Below, piece after piece: positions 40,494 to 54,660 of a DNA stretch of 64,000 nucleotides (positions are counted from its first letter, which is position 1; each line of letters opens with the position of its first letter). The position numbers and the translations under genes are program-made. The notes beneath the pieces were generated by a model, which did not search any database, had not been told where the DNA came from, and saw only the letters and a program-made list of their open reading frames with translations. The stretch is from the NCBI GenBank assembly GCA_047967505.1, contig CM106538.1, one strand, 5' to 3'. The DNA comes from Dipteris shenzhenensis (taxonomy: Eukaryota).

Positions 40494-43400
40494 GGATAAG
40501 TATAGGTATCATAACCTTCGGTTCCTCCTTCAGTCTTCAATAGTCTTGGTTCCCTCCTCATCTCAACCTGTTGCACAAATTGGTTTTTTTTCAAAATGTT
40601 ACAACATGCGAATTGCTTTCATACGCAACAACATCCAACTATTAAGTTTTTTAATTCTTCTTTTTTTCCCCAATGAAAACGAATCTCCCCCCCCCCCCTC
40701 TCGCTCTCTCTCTCTCTCTTTGTTGTTGGAGATTAAGAGGAGGTAGAGGTTGGGAGGGGGAGGGGGAGGGGGAGGTAGTGCATGAAGAGAGGAGGGGGGG
40801 GATGCATGGGAGGAGAGATGGAGGAGGGGAAGGGGAGGGTAGGAGGAGGGGGTATTTCCACCCCCCCTCTCCCCAACCTATTGCGTACAAAATAGGTTTG
40901 GGGGGGGGGGGATATTGCTACATCCTCCCTCCCAACTTATTGCATACACAATAGGTGGGGGGGATTGCTACTTTCCCCCCCTCACCTTGAACCTATTGCA
41001 TACATAGTAGGTTTGTGGGCATGGATGTTTTTATTGAAGCTATACTTTTATATCTACAACGATAGTCATTCCAACAAGGCGGAGGCGGCAGTGGCCGCGG
41101 ACATGGGGGTCATGGTCAAAATCGACCGAAAACCTATCTGTTTTGCTTGGGTGAAGACCATTGGCGGAACAAATTCTTGGAGGCTCGGCAACGCACGGAG
41201 TGGCAAAAGATGTCCGAGAAAATGCCCAACACTTAGATGGTATACCTTGTTGATGATGATTCACTGGTGTGCCCAGATATTAGTATAATCAATCGTGCTG
41301 GTACCAAGCTACGAGGCCCAACTCCCATGAACAGCAACAAGCTGCTAGATTGGTCAGCCCATGAACACATCCAATGCCAAGTCAGCGAGTTAGTGATGAA
41401 GGAGCCACCATTGATGCAACTAGCAGATTCCACAACAACGACGCCTAGTGAAACACGTAAGGTGCAGTTCGCAAAACCGGTTGTCTAATCAGAGGCAGAG
41501 ACTCAAGCCAAGTTCAAGCTACACTTACCAGGGAATGGTTTGAAGGCAGTCAAAGCAACTCCATTGTTGGTTGCAAACCAAGCCAAGAGGCAGGCAAATT
41601 CTCCACAAAGAGAGCCGGGGTTGGAGTGCATTATGGAGGCACTGATCCAGATTTCATTGGGAAGATTGCTTAACCTAGTTTGGGGATTCCACCGACAATT
41701 GTTGCATTCCCTTCACATGGAGTCTGAACCAGAAGAGGTGGAGTTATGCCAAGCAGATTCCTACCCAATACCGGCAATCCCTCTCACTGACATGAGAATC
41801 CCGATTATATCCGCAAAGGCACAAGGGCGGACTTTTGCTCAGATGCTGGTCGATGGCGGTTCGGGGTCAATATCATCACTTTGAAGACCTGCCAAGAAAT
41901 GGGATGGATGTCCTAGGAGCCGGTGCCATTCTTAGTCTGCATGGCTGATCAACCTCGAGTTCGACCACTCGGAATCCTACGGGCATTGTTCTGGAGGTGG
42001 CGGGCATATCATTCGTGGTTTCCTTCGTGGTGCTCAACATGGAAGCCGCAACACCAAAGTATAACGTCCTCTTGGTTGCGGAAAGCAAAAGTCAAGCAAA
42101 ATTGGGAGCAAAATGTCATTTCAGTGCGGCGAGGAAAGAAGAAAGTGCAGGTCACAATGGGAGTGTTGGCACCTTTGGCAGATGCGATACGACCTATGTT
42201 GGCCGCGACAATGAACATGGCAGACGGATTGGAGGATGATGACAAGGAAGCCTTTCTCAATGCAAATGTGAAGCTCGTTCATATCTTCACCATTGATGTG
42301 GAAGGCATTACATAAAGTTACATGCATCAGATGTTTTTGGCCGGTGCAGCCAACACAGTTCCGAAGGAGGCAACTGAGCCCTAGCAAGTAGCAATGGATT
42401 TGGATCTATGGGATCTCCTATAGCAAGAGAGAGAATTTGAAGATTGGATGAGCCATGTCACGTGAGTGCAAGAAGATGCTCTAGATACGATTTATCTAGG
42501 AGAGGATGGAGCATCTAAACTAGTCAAAATCAGCACATTGTTGACGGCAGAATTCCATAGTGAATTGATTGCCCTCTTATAGGATTTTTTTGATGTGTTC
42601 GCTTGGGATTATGCGGATATGAAGGGTTTGGATCCAAAATGTTACCAGCATCAGGTCAACCTAAAACTAGATGTTACACCGACAAAGATACAGAGGTATT
42701 GTATGAATCCACACGTGGCCAAGCAAGTGCGTGAAGAACTGGAGTGCTTGCTGTGGGTGGGATTCATCGCACCAATCAAGAATCCAAAGTGGATTTCCTT
42801 GATTGTCATTGTGCCAAAGAAAAATAAGAAATTGTGGATTTGTGTCGACTAACGCAAGCTGAATGCGGCCACGGTACCTGATCCATTCCCCTTACCATAC
42901 ATGGATTCCATGCTGGATGAAGTCACGGGGCATGAGGTGTACTCTTTCTTGGATGGATATAGTGGGTACAACCAAATCCAAATGGCTCTGAAAGACCAGC
43001 CCAAAACAACATTCATAACATCACGAGGGGTCGATGTTTGCACAATCATGTGGTTTGGATTGCAAAATGCCCCCTCGACTTTTCAGCGAGCAATGCAGGC
43101 GATTTTCGGCTCATTTGACAGATTTCATGCGGATTTTCTTGGATGACCTCAGTGTGTTCAAAACATTCACTGAGTACCTAGAGTAATTGTGGAGGTGTTT
43201 CCAATGATGCAAGAAAGTTTCCTTTAGTCTGAATCCTATGAAATGCGTGTTTGTAGTCCGTAGCGGCCTACTCCTGGGGCATGTGATCTCGACAGAAGGA
43301 ATTGCGGTGGATTCGGACAAAGTGGCAGTAATTATGCAAGCCTCGGTGCCAACAACACCTAAGGAGTGCTTGCGGTTCTTGGGCCAAATTTGATGGCATG

Positions 43401-46400
43401 GCACACATCTACGGTTCCTAGCTCACATGATGATTCCCTTGAATGCATTGGCTCATGTGGAACCGAAGGCATTTGTGTGGACCGCAGAGTGCGACAAAGC
43501 GTACTTGCAACTCAAGATTCAGCTTTCTAGAGCACCGGTGCTGCTGTCTCTAGATTGGGAGAAGAATGCCTCGGATAGAGCTATTAGGAGTGTCTTGATG
43601 CAAGAAGATGTGGATAAATGGCATCACACAATCTACTATGCAAGCCGATGGCTCTCAACAACCAAAAAGAATTACTCTATCATAGAGCGAGAAGGACTGG
43701 GCATGATCTATTCCGTCAAGAAATTTCAGCATTATTTGTTGGGCTGACCTTTTGTATTCCATGTTGATCATTCCGCATTGTTGTATTTGGTAAAACAGCA
43801 AAGCCTTACAGGCTGATTGGGTGTTGCATACTGCAAGAATATGATTTTGATGTGATTCATCAATCGGGCTCGTAGCATGCGGTTGTAGATTACCTATCTC
43901 GACTGGAGTCTGGAGAACTGCCAACAAAAGTAGAGGACAAGTTTCTTGATGTGGAGCTAGCCGTGATTTTTCGGGCAGATCTGGTCATGGTAGAGGCTGA
44001 AGGCATTCCAGAAGGACCATGGTCATGGTATGATGAGATGCTCTCATTCCTATCTATTGGCATCATGCCAAGTACATGAATAGAGACTAGAGGAAACACT
44101 TGGCATTGCGGATCCAATCCTTTGAAGTAGTCGTGGGCCAATTGTACTGATGACACTTGACAGAGGCACTACTGCGATGTGTTCCACCTCATGAGTAAGA
44201 GGCAGTGCTAATTGAAGCCCATTGCGGGGTTTCTAGGGGCCATTTTGCAGGTGAAGTCACCACAAATAAAGTTTTGTAGGCAGGTTTATGGTGGCCAACC
44301 ATGTAGAAGGATGCCAGATGGTTTGTAAAAATTTGCGACCTTTGCCAGCGGTTGGGCTAGCCCACTAATCGAGATCGCATGCCACTTAACCCCATATTGT
44401 CTCTAGAGCCGTTTCAAAAGTGGGGTTTGGATTTCATGGGTCCATTCAAGCACACAGCTACCCGCACAAGGAATTGTTACACTCTGGTAGCCACGGATTA
44501 TTGGACCAAATGGGTGGAAGCTTGGGCTTTGTATGACAATACCACAAATTTGGTCGCAAATTTCCTATACCATGATGTGTTCACTCGGTTCAGTTGCCCA
44601 ATTGATATTGTCAGTGATAGGGGGACTCACTTTGTCAATAAGATCATCAAGTGGATGAATTCTTTTTATATGGTGATTCACAAAAATTCTTCCCCATATT
44701 ATCCACAGGCTAATGGATTGGTAGTGTCGACAAATCATACTTTCAAGCAGATTATATCGATGTTGATGAATGAGCACCGGACGGAGTGGGATGAGAAGTT
44801 GCTGGTAGCACTATGGGCTTACTGCACATCATTCAAGGTGGCCGCGGGGTTGACTCCTTTCAAATTGGCATTTGGGCTAGAAGAATTACATCGATTGAGC
44901 ATATTGTACTAAGTCTAAGGATTGTGGTAGAGTATAGGCTTCTTCCACATGACTCTATGGTATTCATGTTGGATGTTCTAGATGAGTTGGATAATATGTG
45001 GTTGGAGAGCTATTATCTCACCCTGGAGGTTCAAGCATGGCGCAAGTAGAGAGTGGATTTGGCCTCGAAGAAAAAATCTTTTGAGTGTGGGCAATTGGTT
45101 CTTCTATTCAACACTCGCCTTGGAAGGATGCCGAGGAAGTTGAAATTGTGATGGTCGGGTCCATTCTAGATTTTTCATGATCGTGAATCGACATCATTTT
45201 ATCTTGTGGATTTGCAAGGGCATGTACTCCCACATCCAATTAATGGTTTTCGGCTTCGTCCATAGCATCATGATGGCAATCTTCAGTGCCCATTTCCAAT
45301 CTCTAATGAGGCACAAATTTCTTGGGTTGAGGTGGAGGTGGCAAATCTATCGCATGAGGACATGTGGCAGAAGGGTTCACAGCATGATGACAACAGTCTT
45401 CTGTGAGGTCCTATCCTAGCTGCCATGCAACTACCTGTCATAAGGGTAGGGTATTGGCAATCTGAATTGTACTTTTTGAGCATTTGTTTGCATGTACCAG
45501 TTGCTTGCTACTTTCTCTTCATCGCACTTATAGTTCTCTTGAGTTCCTTCACCTTCCAGCTTTCATCTACCTTCAGTGCGCTCTCTTTCTTTCTCCTTCG
45601 CATAGCTATGGGGATGGCTCATGCTCCATTTCTTCCTCTAGTTTCACTGGTTTACATTGATTCCCAATTGATTGATGCTCGCCTTAAGCTATTACGTATT
45701 CGAAGTTTCAACAGCATTGATTGGTAGAGGGTGCCTGTTCATCCAGCAACGTCAGCAGTTGGCTATAGGTTCTACTGTGGAATCTTTGGAGGAGCATCGA
45801 GAGCTGACGATTCAATTGATTTATCAACACCTATTCTTACCTATGGATGGAGGAGTGATTGTGCAACCGACGAGTACAATGGAGGTGAGGGAGGCGGAGT
45901 TTGGAGCTAATGCTCCGGGAGAATACAAGCTGAGTGGGTGTCCAGATGCACAGATGTGAGATCTCTATCGATGGATACTCGAGTTTGTGTTTTTGCAGGC
46001 CAAAACTTATACAATCACTCCTCGAACTCGAGGGATGATTGTAATTGTTGAGCAGTGGATTGTGCCAGGGCAGGTGGATTCTAAAGGAGTGGATTTAGTC
46101 AAAAGCTTTACGGGTGGCAAGACAGTAATGGAAAAGAAGCAAGCCGTGGATTCAAAGATTGGGTAGATTCTAGAGATATTGTTCCCCTTGCATTTGGAGT
46201 CTACAGTGCCTCGACGGACTATTGCTTTGGTACTCACTCTTGAGCTTGAGGGGTCTGCACATGAAGAGGCTGAGGGGTCTACTGGAAGAGTGGCTAAGAA
46301 GTAGCAAAGAAAGGGCCTTGTCTTAGTGAGGGGGTGGTTTGTACCCTTGCACCCTTGACTCCTTCTCATGCAGGTGGAACGGGGGGTGTCTTCACCAGTG

Positions 46401-47573
46401 GGGTGGCATCAACATAAATTCTTGTAGTTCCACCACTTGCACAACCGGTCATGGCAGAAAGGGTGATGATGACTCCAGCGACCACTACATTTGGGAATTT
46501 TGGAGGTACTCCACTGGTAGGAGGTTCCCTTACTCGAAGGTGGATGGAGTAGCTTTAGCAGTGTTTAGCACCGAGGACTGTGGTGGCTTCTCCAACGGTG
46601 GTGGTAGTATCCAAGGCAGTGTAGGTGTCGGCACCAAAAGCTTTCATAGCAATATGTGAGTCTCCGGTTGCTTCTCTGATGTCCTCAGCCGGGTTTTATT
46701 TTCGGGCACAACCTCTTAATGTTCATATAAAGTTTTTTTCCTAATTGCTCCCTCGGCTTGCCTCACAATATGGTGTAGGGGGTGATTTTGTAAGGGTGAC
46801 CAGTTTGGAAGTAGAAGTCACGCAGTTGCGGATGGAAAATGAGACTTTGCAGAGTTAGCTGGCAAGGTTCTGCAACTAGAGGATAGGGTGGAAGTTCTTG
46901 AAGCCTAGGGGCAAGTGGCGAAAGCGTGGAGGCCACTCAATAGTTTCATTCGGGGTATGTTTCGGGCATTCAGCATGAGTTGTTATGCCGACGTACTACC
47001 AATGCACTGGCTGAGTACTTAAGGACCTTTCTGGGAAATGTCAGTGTCAACATGGAGTAGAAAAAGCTAGCGGGCTGAGAAGAGGTTAGGGGGGTTAGGA
47101 AGTGTGTGGGGGGGGGGGGGGGGCGTTGTAGGTGGGAAGACAAAGGGGCTAGAGTTTTTAAAAAAAGGGGAAGATTGAGGAGGGGTGTGTGTGTGTGTGT
47201 GTGTGCACACACGCCTGTGTGTGTGATTCCACCAAAAAAAAAAAATGTGTGTGTGTGTGTGTGTGTGTGTGTTTTGGTGGTTTTATTCGGGGGGAAATTT
47301 TAGTTGAGGGGTTCTTTAAATACCCCTTGAACGCACATTATACATATAGTTTCTTATTAGTGCACCCCTCAAGGGATAAGTATAGGTATCATAACCTTCG
47401 ATTCCTCCTTCAGTCTTCAATAGTCTTGGTTCTCTCCTCATCTCAACCCGTTGCACAAATTGGATTTTTTTTCAAAATGTTACAACATGCGAATTTCTTT
47501 CTAGCCTATTGCATATGCAACAACATCCAACTATTAAGTTCTTTACTTCTTCTTTTTCCCCCCAATGAAGTCG

Positions 47574-47612
<39 letters not shown>

Positions 47613-47642
47613 CTATCTATCGACATTGGTATCCATCCCTCT

Positions 47643-47673
<31 letters not shown>

Positions 47674-47950
47674 ATTGTTGTTGGAGATTGTGAAGAGGTA
47701 GAGGGGGAGGTAGTGTAAGGAGAGAGGAGGGGGGAGGCATGGGAGGAGGGATGGAGGAGGGGGAGGGGAGGCTAGGTGGAGGGGGTACTTCCACCCCACC
47801 TCTCCCCAACCTATTGCATACACAATAGGTTTGGGGGGAGGGGGATTTCTACATCCTCCCTCCCAACTTATTGCATACCCAATAGGTGGGGGGGGGGGGA
47901 TTGCTACTTCCCCCCCTCACCTCCATCCTATTGCATACATAGTAGGTTTG
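40401..47950 (+). repeat. Direct repeats 40401-41015 and 47281-47950 bracketing a Gypsy pol block
   Basis: Both start TTTTATTCGGGGGGAAATTTTAGTTGAGGG and end TACATAGTAGGTTTG; each includes part of a MITE. Confidence 0.85.
41040..45400 (+). pseudogene. pol: Heavily decayed Ty3/Gypsy pol (protease, RT, RNaseH, integrase)
   Basis: MLVDGGS, FAWDYADMKG, SFLDGYSGYNQI, FGLQNAPSTFQR, IYYASR..EREGLG, PFQKWGLDFMGP, IVSDRGTHF and YPQANG in Gypsy domain order; many stops. Confidence 0.93.
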
Positions 47951-48105
47951 CAGGGGAAAGGGAGGGGGGGATTGCTGCAACCCACCCCCCCATCAACCCT
48001 ATTCCGTACACAATAGGTTAGGGGGAAAAGGGAAATTTTGCCTACCCCCCCTTCAACTTATTACGTATGCAATAAGTTGTGCAGAGGTGGGGGGGGAGGG
48101 CCAAT

Positions 48106-48371
48106 CTCAGGGGGTTCACTACTAAAAATCCCTATGTATCAGGTGCATTGAAAGGGTATTAAAAAAACCCCTCAACTATAATTCTCCCCCCGCCCCCTTA
48201 ATAAAAACACCCCACTTTACTTATGGACTAAGTGGCATTTTTCTAAAATTGAATTGAAAAACCCCTCCTATTATTGCAATCGTGTGAATTTTTTTTTGAA
48301 ATTCAAATTAAAATACCCCTCCCTTTGAATGCACGTGGTACACTAAATTTTTATGAGGTGAAGCCGCCAAG
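48106..48371. mobile_element. MITE subfamily B, inverted
   Basis: CTCAGGGGGTTCAC...GTGAAGCCGCCAAG; flanks GGGCCAAT / GGACCAAT (7/8 match). Confidence 0.85.
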
Positions 48372-48376
48372 GGACC

Positions 48377-48419
<43 letters not shown>

Positions 48420-49104
48420 CCTCCTAAGAAGGTGTATTTTTACACCAAGAAGGTGTATATGTACACCACCTTTCTAACAAAATTGGTCATCTATTGATGT
48501 TTTAGGTTAAAAAACAACATTACAAGTGTGTGTATAATTTTTGAGAGACCATTTCTAAGGGATCTTTCACCAATCCTTTCATATTAGTGAAATTGTTATA
48601 GAGTACATCTTTCACCAATCCTTTCATACTAGTGAAATTATTCAAAGGGATAATTCCTTTCCCTTGAACTAGATTCGGTCTTATCTGTAGTGTAGATAAC
48701 ATTCTTCTATCCTTCTAATGGTTTCATCTCTGTGAACCATTCCTGATCTTTAGTCATGTGAGATGATGTGCTGCTATCAATGTACCAAGTATCTTGATAT
48801 GCTTGATCGACTTGATAACTGCATTCCCCTTTTGAATTGCAATCTATATCAAGAAACACTCTTTGAGTCTTCTGCATATCCTCACTTGCAACAAAATTAT
48901 TCTCAAGTTCATTGGCATAATGACTGTGACTTGGATGTCCACCATGATGATTTCCTCTTCCACAAAAATTCCCTCAATTGTTGTTGGATTGAATATCTTG
49001 GTCGTACTACTTCTTCCAACAATCTATTTCAACTTTGCCAATGGAAAAGTTACCCCATAGTTCCCAATGTAAGAAGTTTCGAAAGTATAAGCCACATGTG
49101 TGGA

Positions 49105-51103
49105 TGAAGCTTGATCATTTAGCTTGCAGTATGCCATGATAGCCAGACCACTTTACAAATTATTAGTGGAATTCTTATGGACAAAAGAGTGTGATCGCCT
49201 TTGAGCTTTGAAAGTGGCACCTAATCATAGCACCCATCCTTATATCTCCCAATTGGGATATTGATTTTTATGTTCATACTAATGGCTCCAAGTATGCAAT
49301 TGGGAGTGTGCTTTGTCAACCTGGTGAACATAAGAAATCTACTTTTCTAGTTGATAACTCAATGATGCAGGGATCAAGTATACCACCACAGAAAGAGAAG
49401 CCCTAGCAACGGTGTATAGTGTAAAGAAATTTCAACACTATCTATTGGCAAATGATTTTGTCTTCTACACCAACCATCAATTATTTATTTATCTTGTGAA
49501 CCGCCCGTGTACAACATGAAGAATAACCAAATGGCTCCTCTTGCTTCAAGAATTTAGCTTCAAAATAGTGGTCCACAAAGGTGCCCAACACTACATTGCT
49601 GATCGCATGTCTTATGTCAAGTCAGAAGAAGAAGATACTGGAGTAGAAGATGGCTTGTCAGATGCCACACTATTTCAGATAGATGCTGTTCTAGATTGGT
49701 GTGCAGATATCATTGGGTACTTAATGGCAGGAAGACCACCCCTGAAATGAAAGCAGTGGATGCCAAAAAACTAATTTTAAAAGTTGTACCCTATCAATTC
49801 ATTATAGGACAATTGTACAAGATGGGCAAGGACCAGGTTTTAAGAAGATGTGTAATGCCTCACGAGATCATGCCAATCCTGAGTGAAGTCCATGAGGGCA
49901 TTGCAAGAGGACACTTCCAAGGGGAAGCCACAGCAAGAAAAGTCCTCCTCGCAGGCTACTGGTGGCCAACACTTTGGGCAGATGCTTATGAATATGTCAA
50001 AGGTTCTGATGTATGCCAACAGACTACTAAACCACAACACAAGGACTTCAATCCCTTAACAATAGTTGTTGCACAAAGACCATTTTAAAAATGGGGGATT
50101 GACTATGTGGGTCCCCTACATCCAGCAAAAAAGGGAACACAGGCATGCTACATCATTGTGGCCCCACTGATTACTTTACCAAATGGGCTGAAGCTAAAGA
50201 AGTCAGAAAGGCATATGCCAAAGGCACAACAAGATTCTTATATGAGAATGTGATCACTCAATTCGAATTCCCCATTGAAATTGTGTCGGATAGAGGCACG
50301 CATTTTGTCAATGAGGTAATCCAAGAACTCTTGTTTGGCTTTATGGTAATCCATAGAAAAATCACACCCTACTACCCCCAAGGGAAAGGACAGGCTGAAT
50401 CCACATACCGAACAACACTCAAGGTCAGTACATGGAATACACCTTTTCAATTGGTGTATAATTTTGAAGCTGTGGTCCCACTAGAATTTTGTAATACCAA
50501 GCCTATGCATAGCAGTACATGAATGCATGGGAGATCATGCATCCCTGAAAGAAAGACTCTATCAATTGGAAAAGCATACAGAGAACAGATTAGTCGCCTA
50601 CCATGCCATGACAATAGAAAAACGTAGAAGAAAGGCATGGTTTGATAGAAATCTTAAAGCTAAAGACATAAAGGAAGGTGACCTGGTCTTGTTATACAAT
50701 GCCAAAGTACACAAAGAAAAAGTCAAGTATCTAGGTCAAGGACCCTATCAAGTAAGACAAATGAATCCCATCACAGTTGTACTACTAGAAAAATTGGATG
50801 GAGTCCAATTCAACATAACCATAAATGGGAGCCAAATGAAGCGCTACTACATCAACACACAAGCTATCCCAGACAAAAATGAAGATTTGGGAACCCCGGG
50901 TCTTCCTTAGTTAGTGTTAGATTGTTTCACCAGCACTCACTTGCATATGTACATCTTCGCACATATCGGTAGCATTAACCAATTTCAAACTAGGGCTTAG
51001 AAGTGAAGCCTGAGTCCTAGTTGCCCTATGAAATCCCAAGAACAACAAAAAAAAGCATATAGTTAGTCCCTACCTAGTTACTAGGTCATGTGCACTCACA
51101 CAC
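49105..51103 (+). pseudogene. pol: Decayed Athila-like Gypsy RNaseH-integrase and 3' region
   Basis: LLQEFSFKI, VHEGIARGHF...AGYWWPTL, DYFTKWAEA, IVSDRGTHF and GPYQV. Confidence 0.92.
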
Positions 51104-52143
51104 TGTTGACTCTGTGCCAACATGAACTTATGAAGAAAGAGAAGGTGTAACAACTTTGTGATACAACTTTGTGATACAACTTTGTGTTACAACTTTGTGT
51201 TACAACTTCTAGATACAACTTTGTGTAACAACTTTGTGTTACAACTTCTACATATAGAGAAAGAATGTGTTACAACTTTGTGTAACAACTTTGTGTTACA
51301 ACTTTGCGATACGACTTTGTGTTACATGCAGAGAGAGAAGCTCTCCAACTTGTATAAATACCCCATAATGGAATGAAGCCCACACTCTTTGGGGCATTGT
51401 GTTGAGTCTACTTTGGTATTCCAAGCATTTGTCTCAAGTGTCCATGCTTCCTTGCACTGCACGTCCAAAAGCATGTCCTAACCTTGCAAATCCTCCTCCC
51501 CTCTCCTCCAACCTTGCAACCCATCCTCTCCCTCTCCTCCTCCCTCCTCCTTCTCCCTCCTCCTCCTCCTCCTCCTCCTCCTCCTCTCTCCTCCTCCTCC
51601 CTCGTCCTCCTTCCTCCTCTCTCTTCTTTCCCCCATGCTCTTACACCTTCTTCCTCTCCCACTCCTATGCTTTCCTAAACCCTTTGTTCCTCAACCCTCA
51701 AACTCCATGATCTACGAGGGAGACGAGTTCTCCACCATGTACTCTACTCTGAACCTTGGACCTTCCTTCTAACCCTGGACTCTTTCTGAACCCTGGAACC
51801 TCCTTCTGAACCCTGGAACCTCCTTCTAAACCCTGGAACCTCCTTCTAACCCTGAACCTCCTTCTAACCCTTAAACTCCTCCTAAACCCTACAACCCCCA
51901 ATGAAGGCGAAAGCCTTCATTACTTCAACAAAGATGATTTACGTTCCTTTTACACATGCATGCACTTTGTTTGCTTACCACACTTAAGCCTACGTCTCTC
52001 ACTGGAACACGACTCGAGGTCCTAAGCTACACATATACTACAACCGACAATCCCAATATATCTGTAGGTGACAAAAAGCCTCGAAACCCTGCAAACATAG
52101 AATACCCAGCTCTTCCTACGAAAGCAGTAGGAAAGAGCCAACA
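51104..52143 (+). repeat. 5' LTR (~1040 bp) of an Athila-like Gypsy element
   Basis: TGTTG...CAACA ends; followed by PBS TGGCGCCGCTGCTGGGGA (52146-52163, Athila-type); internal tandem repeats TACAACTTTGTG (51150-51330) and AACCCTGGAACCTCCTTCT (51750-51900). Confidence 0.8.
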
Positions 52144-52876
52144 TTTGGCGCCGCTGCTGGGGAGACTAGCATCTCAAGTAGTGAGTAAACATACGTAGGT
52201 ATGTGTAAAACAACAAACTACTTCGAACTTTTACGAACATAACACTCAAGGGCAAGGAGAGTAAAATTTTTTTTCCATTTCTAGCCCAACATATCAACCC
52301 CAAGCATCAACCTTGGGTAACTACCTTAAGAAATTTTCTTAATTTCTTAAATAGAAGCCACATGATATACAATCAGGCTAGGTAGTGGACACAAATGCGT
52401 AGAGCTTGCAATTTCGATCATTTTACCTTTTTTCAGAAAAGCAAACTGAGCTCTCCATAAAGAGTTATGGCTCGGGAAGAGTTTAGGGTTAAACCCTAAA
52501 CCTAAACCCTAAACCTAAAATCAAATCCTATAAAAACCTACTCCACCCCCTCATTCTTCATCTTTCACTTTTTGCCTCCATTCTCTTCTTCATTCCGAGC
52601 CCCACATAAGACACTCCTCCCTCTCCATCATCCACCCCCTTACTCCTATCCTCGCATTGTAAGTGACTTTGAGCCCTTCTTGCAGTGATAACCCAACCTT
52701 CCACCCACCGTCCATTGTTCTGCAACAATCTCGTTACATTGAGAAAGACTTGGAGAGCGTTCAGGTGACCACTTCCCCCTCCTTTTCGATTTCCGTCTTT
52801 TAGGTTTTTTGCTCTTTTTTACACCTCCCCCCTCCCCCCCTCCATCTCCACCACCACCTCCCCCCTCCCCCTCCAT

Positions 52877-53123
52877 CTCGGGGGGGTCACTCATCATATG
52901 TAACCCTATCACGTGAGTTCAAAAGAAGGATATTTTTTATTCCTAAAATTTACAGAAATAAATATACATAAGGGACTATTTAAAATAGTTTTGGAAAAAA
53001 TTTACAGATTTGTATAGAAAAGGGGTACATTTTATTAATGAAAAAATTTACAGATAAGGGATTTTAAAAATAGGCCTTGAACGCACGTGATATAGAAGGT
53101 TTATACATAGTGACCCCCCCGAG
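52877..53123. mobile_element. 247-bp MITE, subfamily A
   Basis: Perfect TIR CTCGGGGGGGTCACT; perfect TSD CCCTCCAT (52869-52876, 53124-53131). Confidence 0.95.
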
Positions 53124-54660
53124 CCCTCCATCTCCACCTCCCCCTCCCCCCTCCATCTCCACCACCACCTCCCCCCTCCCCCTCCATCTCCACCTCCTCC
53201 TCCCCCCTCCCCCTCCATCTCCACCTCCCCCTCCCTCTCCCCCCTCCATCTCCACCACCTCCCCCCTCCATCTCCACCACCACCTCCCCCCTCCCCCTCC
53301 CCCTCCATCTCCACCTCCACCTCCCCCTCCCCCCTCCCCCTCCATCTCCACCTCCCCCTCCCCCCTCCCCCCTCCCCCTCCATCTCCACCACCACCTCCC
53401 CCCTCCGCCTCTATCTCCACCTCCCCCTCCCCCCTCCCCCTCCATCTCCACCTCCACCTCCCCCTCTCCCCTCCCCCTCCATTTCCACCTCCCCCTTCCC
53501 CCTCCCCCTCCATCTCCACCTCCCCTCTCCACCTCCCCCTCCCCCGTTCCCCCTCCCCCTCCCACCTCCACCACCCCCACCACCTCCCTTTCACTCTCTC
53601 TCTTTCTTTGTCTCTCTATCCCTCCCCCTTTCTCTCTCTTTCTCTCTCTATCCCTCTCCCTTTCTCTCTCTATCTCTCTCTTCCCCCCCCCTCCCTTGAT
53701 CTCTCTCTCTCATTTTCTCCCCATCCCCCTCTCTCTCCTTTCTCTCTCCTCTCTCCCCCTTCCCCCCTCTCTCTCTTTTCTCTCTCCTCTCTCCCCCTTT
53801 TCCCCTCTCTCTCTCTTCTCTCTCCTCTCTCCCCCTTCCCCCCCTCTCTCTCTATTCTCTCTCCTCTTTTCTCCCCCCTCTCTCTCTCCTCTCTCCCCCT
53901 CCCCCCCTCTCTCTCTCTCACTCTCTCCTCTCTCCCCCTCATTCTCTCCCCCCCTTACCCCTGTCAGCCCCACCCCCCCCACGCCCCCGCCCCCTTCTCC
54001 TCTCTCTCCCCCTTACCCCCTCCCCCTTACCCCCCCTCTCTGTACACCGCCCCCTCTCTGTCAACTCCCCCGACCATCCCTCGGATGCCCCCGACGCCCG
54101 CCCCGCCAACAACGGAGCTGCCAGCGGCGATGCCTGCCAGCTCCACCCCCGCGGCCATCCCCCGGCCGCCCCTGTCGCCATCCCCCAGACGCCCCTACCG
54201 CCCCACCCCACCAGCCAGTCCCTGCCCCTGCTAGCCCCTGCCCCTGCCAGCCCTCGCCCCCCGCTCCTCGCTCATAGCCCCCGGCCCCTCGCCCTCCCCC
54301 GTCACCCCCTGCCCCCCTCGCAACTCCCCCGTCCCCCGCTCACAACCCCCGCCCCGCGCCATTCCCCGCCCCGCCCCCGCTCACGCCCCCCGCCCGTGCC
54401 ACCCCCCGCCCTCCCTCGTCGCCCCCCGCCCCCCTCGCAACTCCCCCGCCCCCCGCTCACAGCCCCCGCCCACGCCACCCCCTGCCCCGGGCCCGCGCCA
54501 CTCCCTCGCCTCGCTCCCCGCTCCCCGCCCCCCGCCCCTCACCCCCCGCACCCCCTCACGCCTCGCCTCCCCCTCCCCTCACCCCCCGTGCCAACCCCCC
54601 CCTGCGCAAACCCCCCCCTTGCGAAACACCCCCCCCCCCCCCCCCCCGGGCGCCGCCGTC
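53124..54660. repeat. C-rich/polypyrimidine low-complexity tract (CCCCCTCCATCTCCAC units) grading into a CpG-rich tract
   Basis: Direct reading; the minus strand is G-run rich. Confidence 0.9.

Noticed and set aside
40401-41015. 5' LTR of the 41-45 kb Gypsy element
   Set aside because: No TG..CA termini, PBS or PPT at the repeat boundaries.
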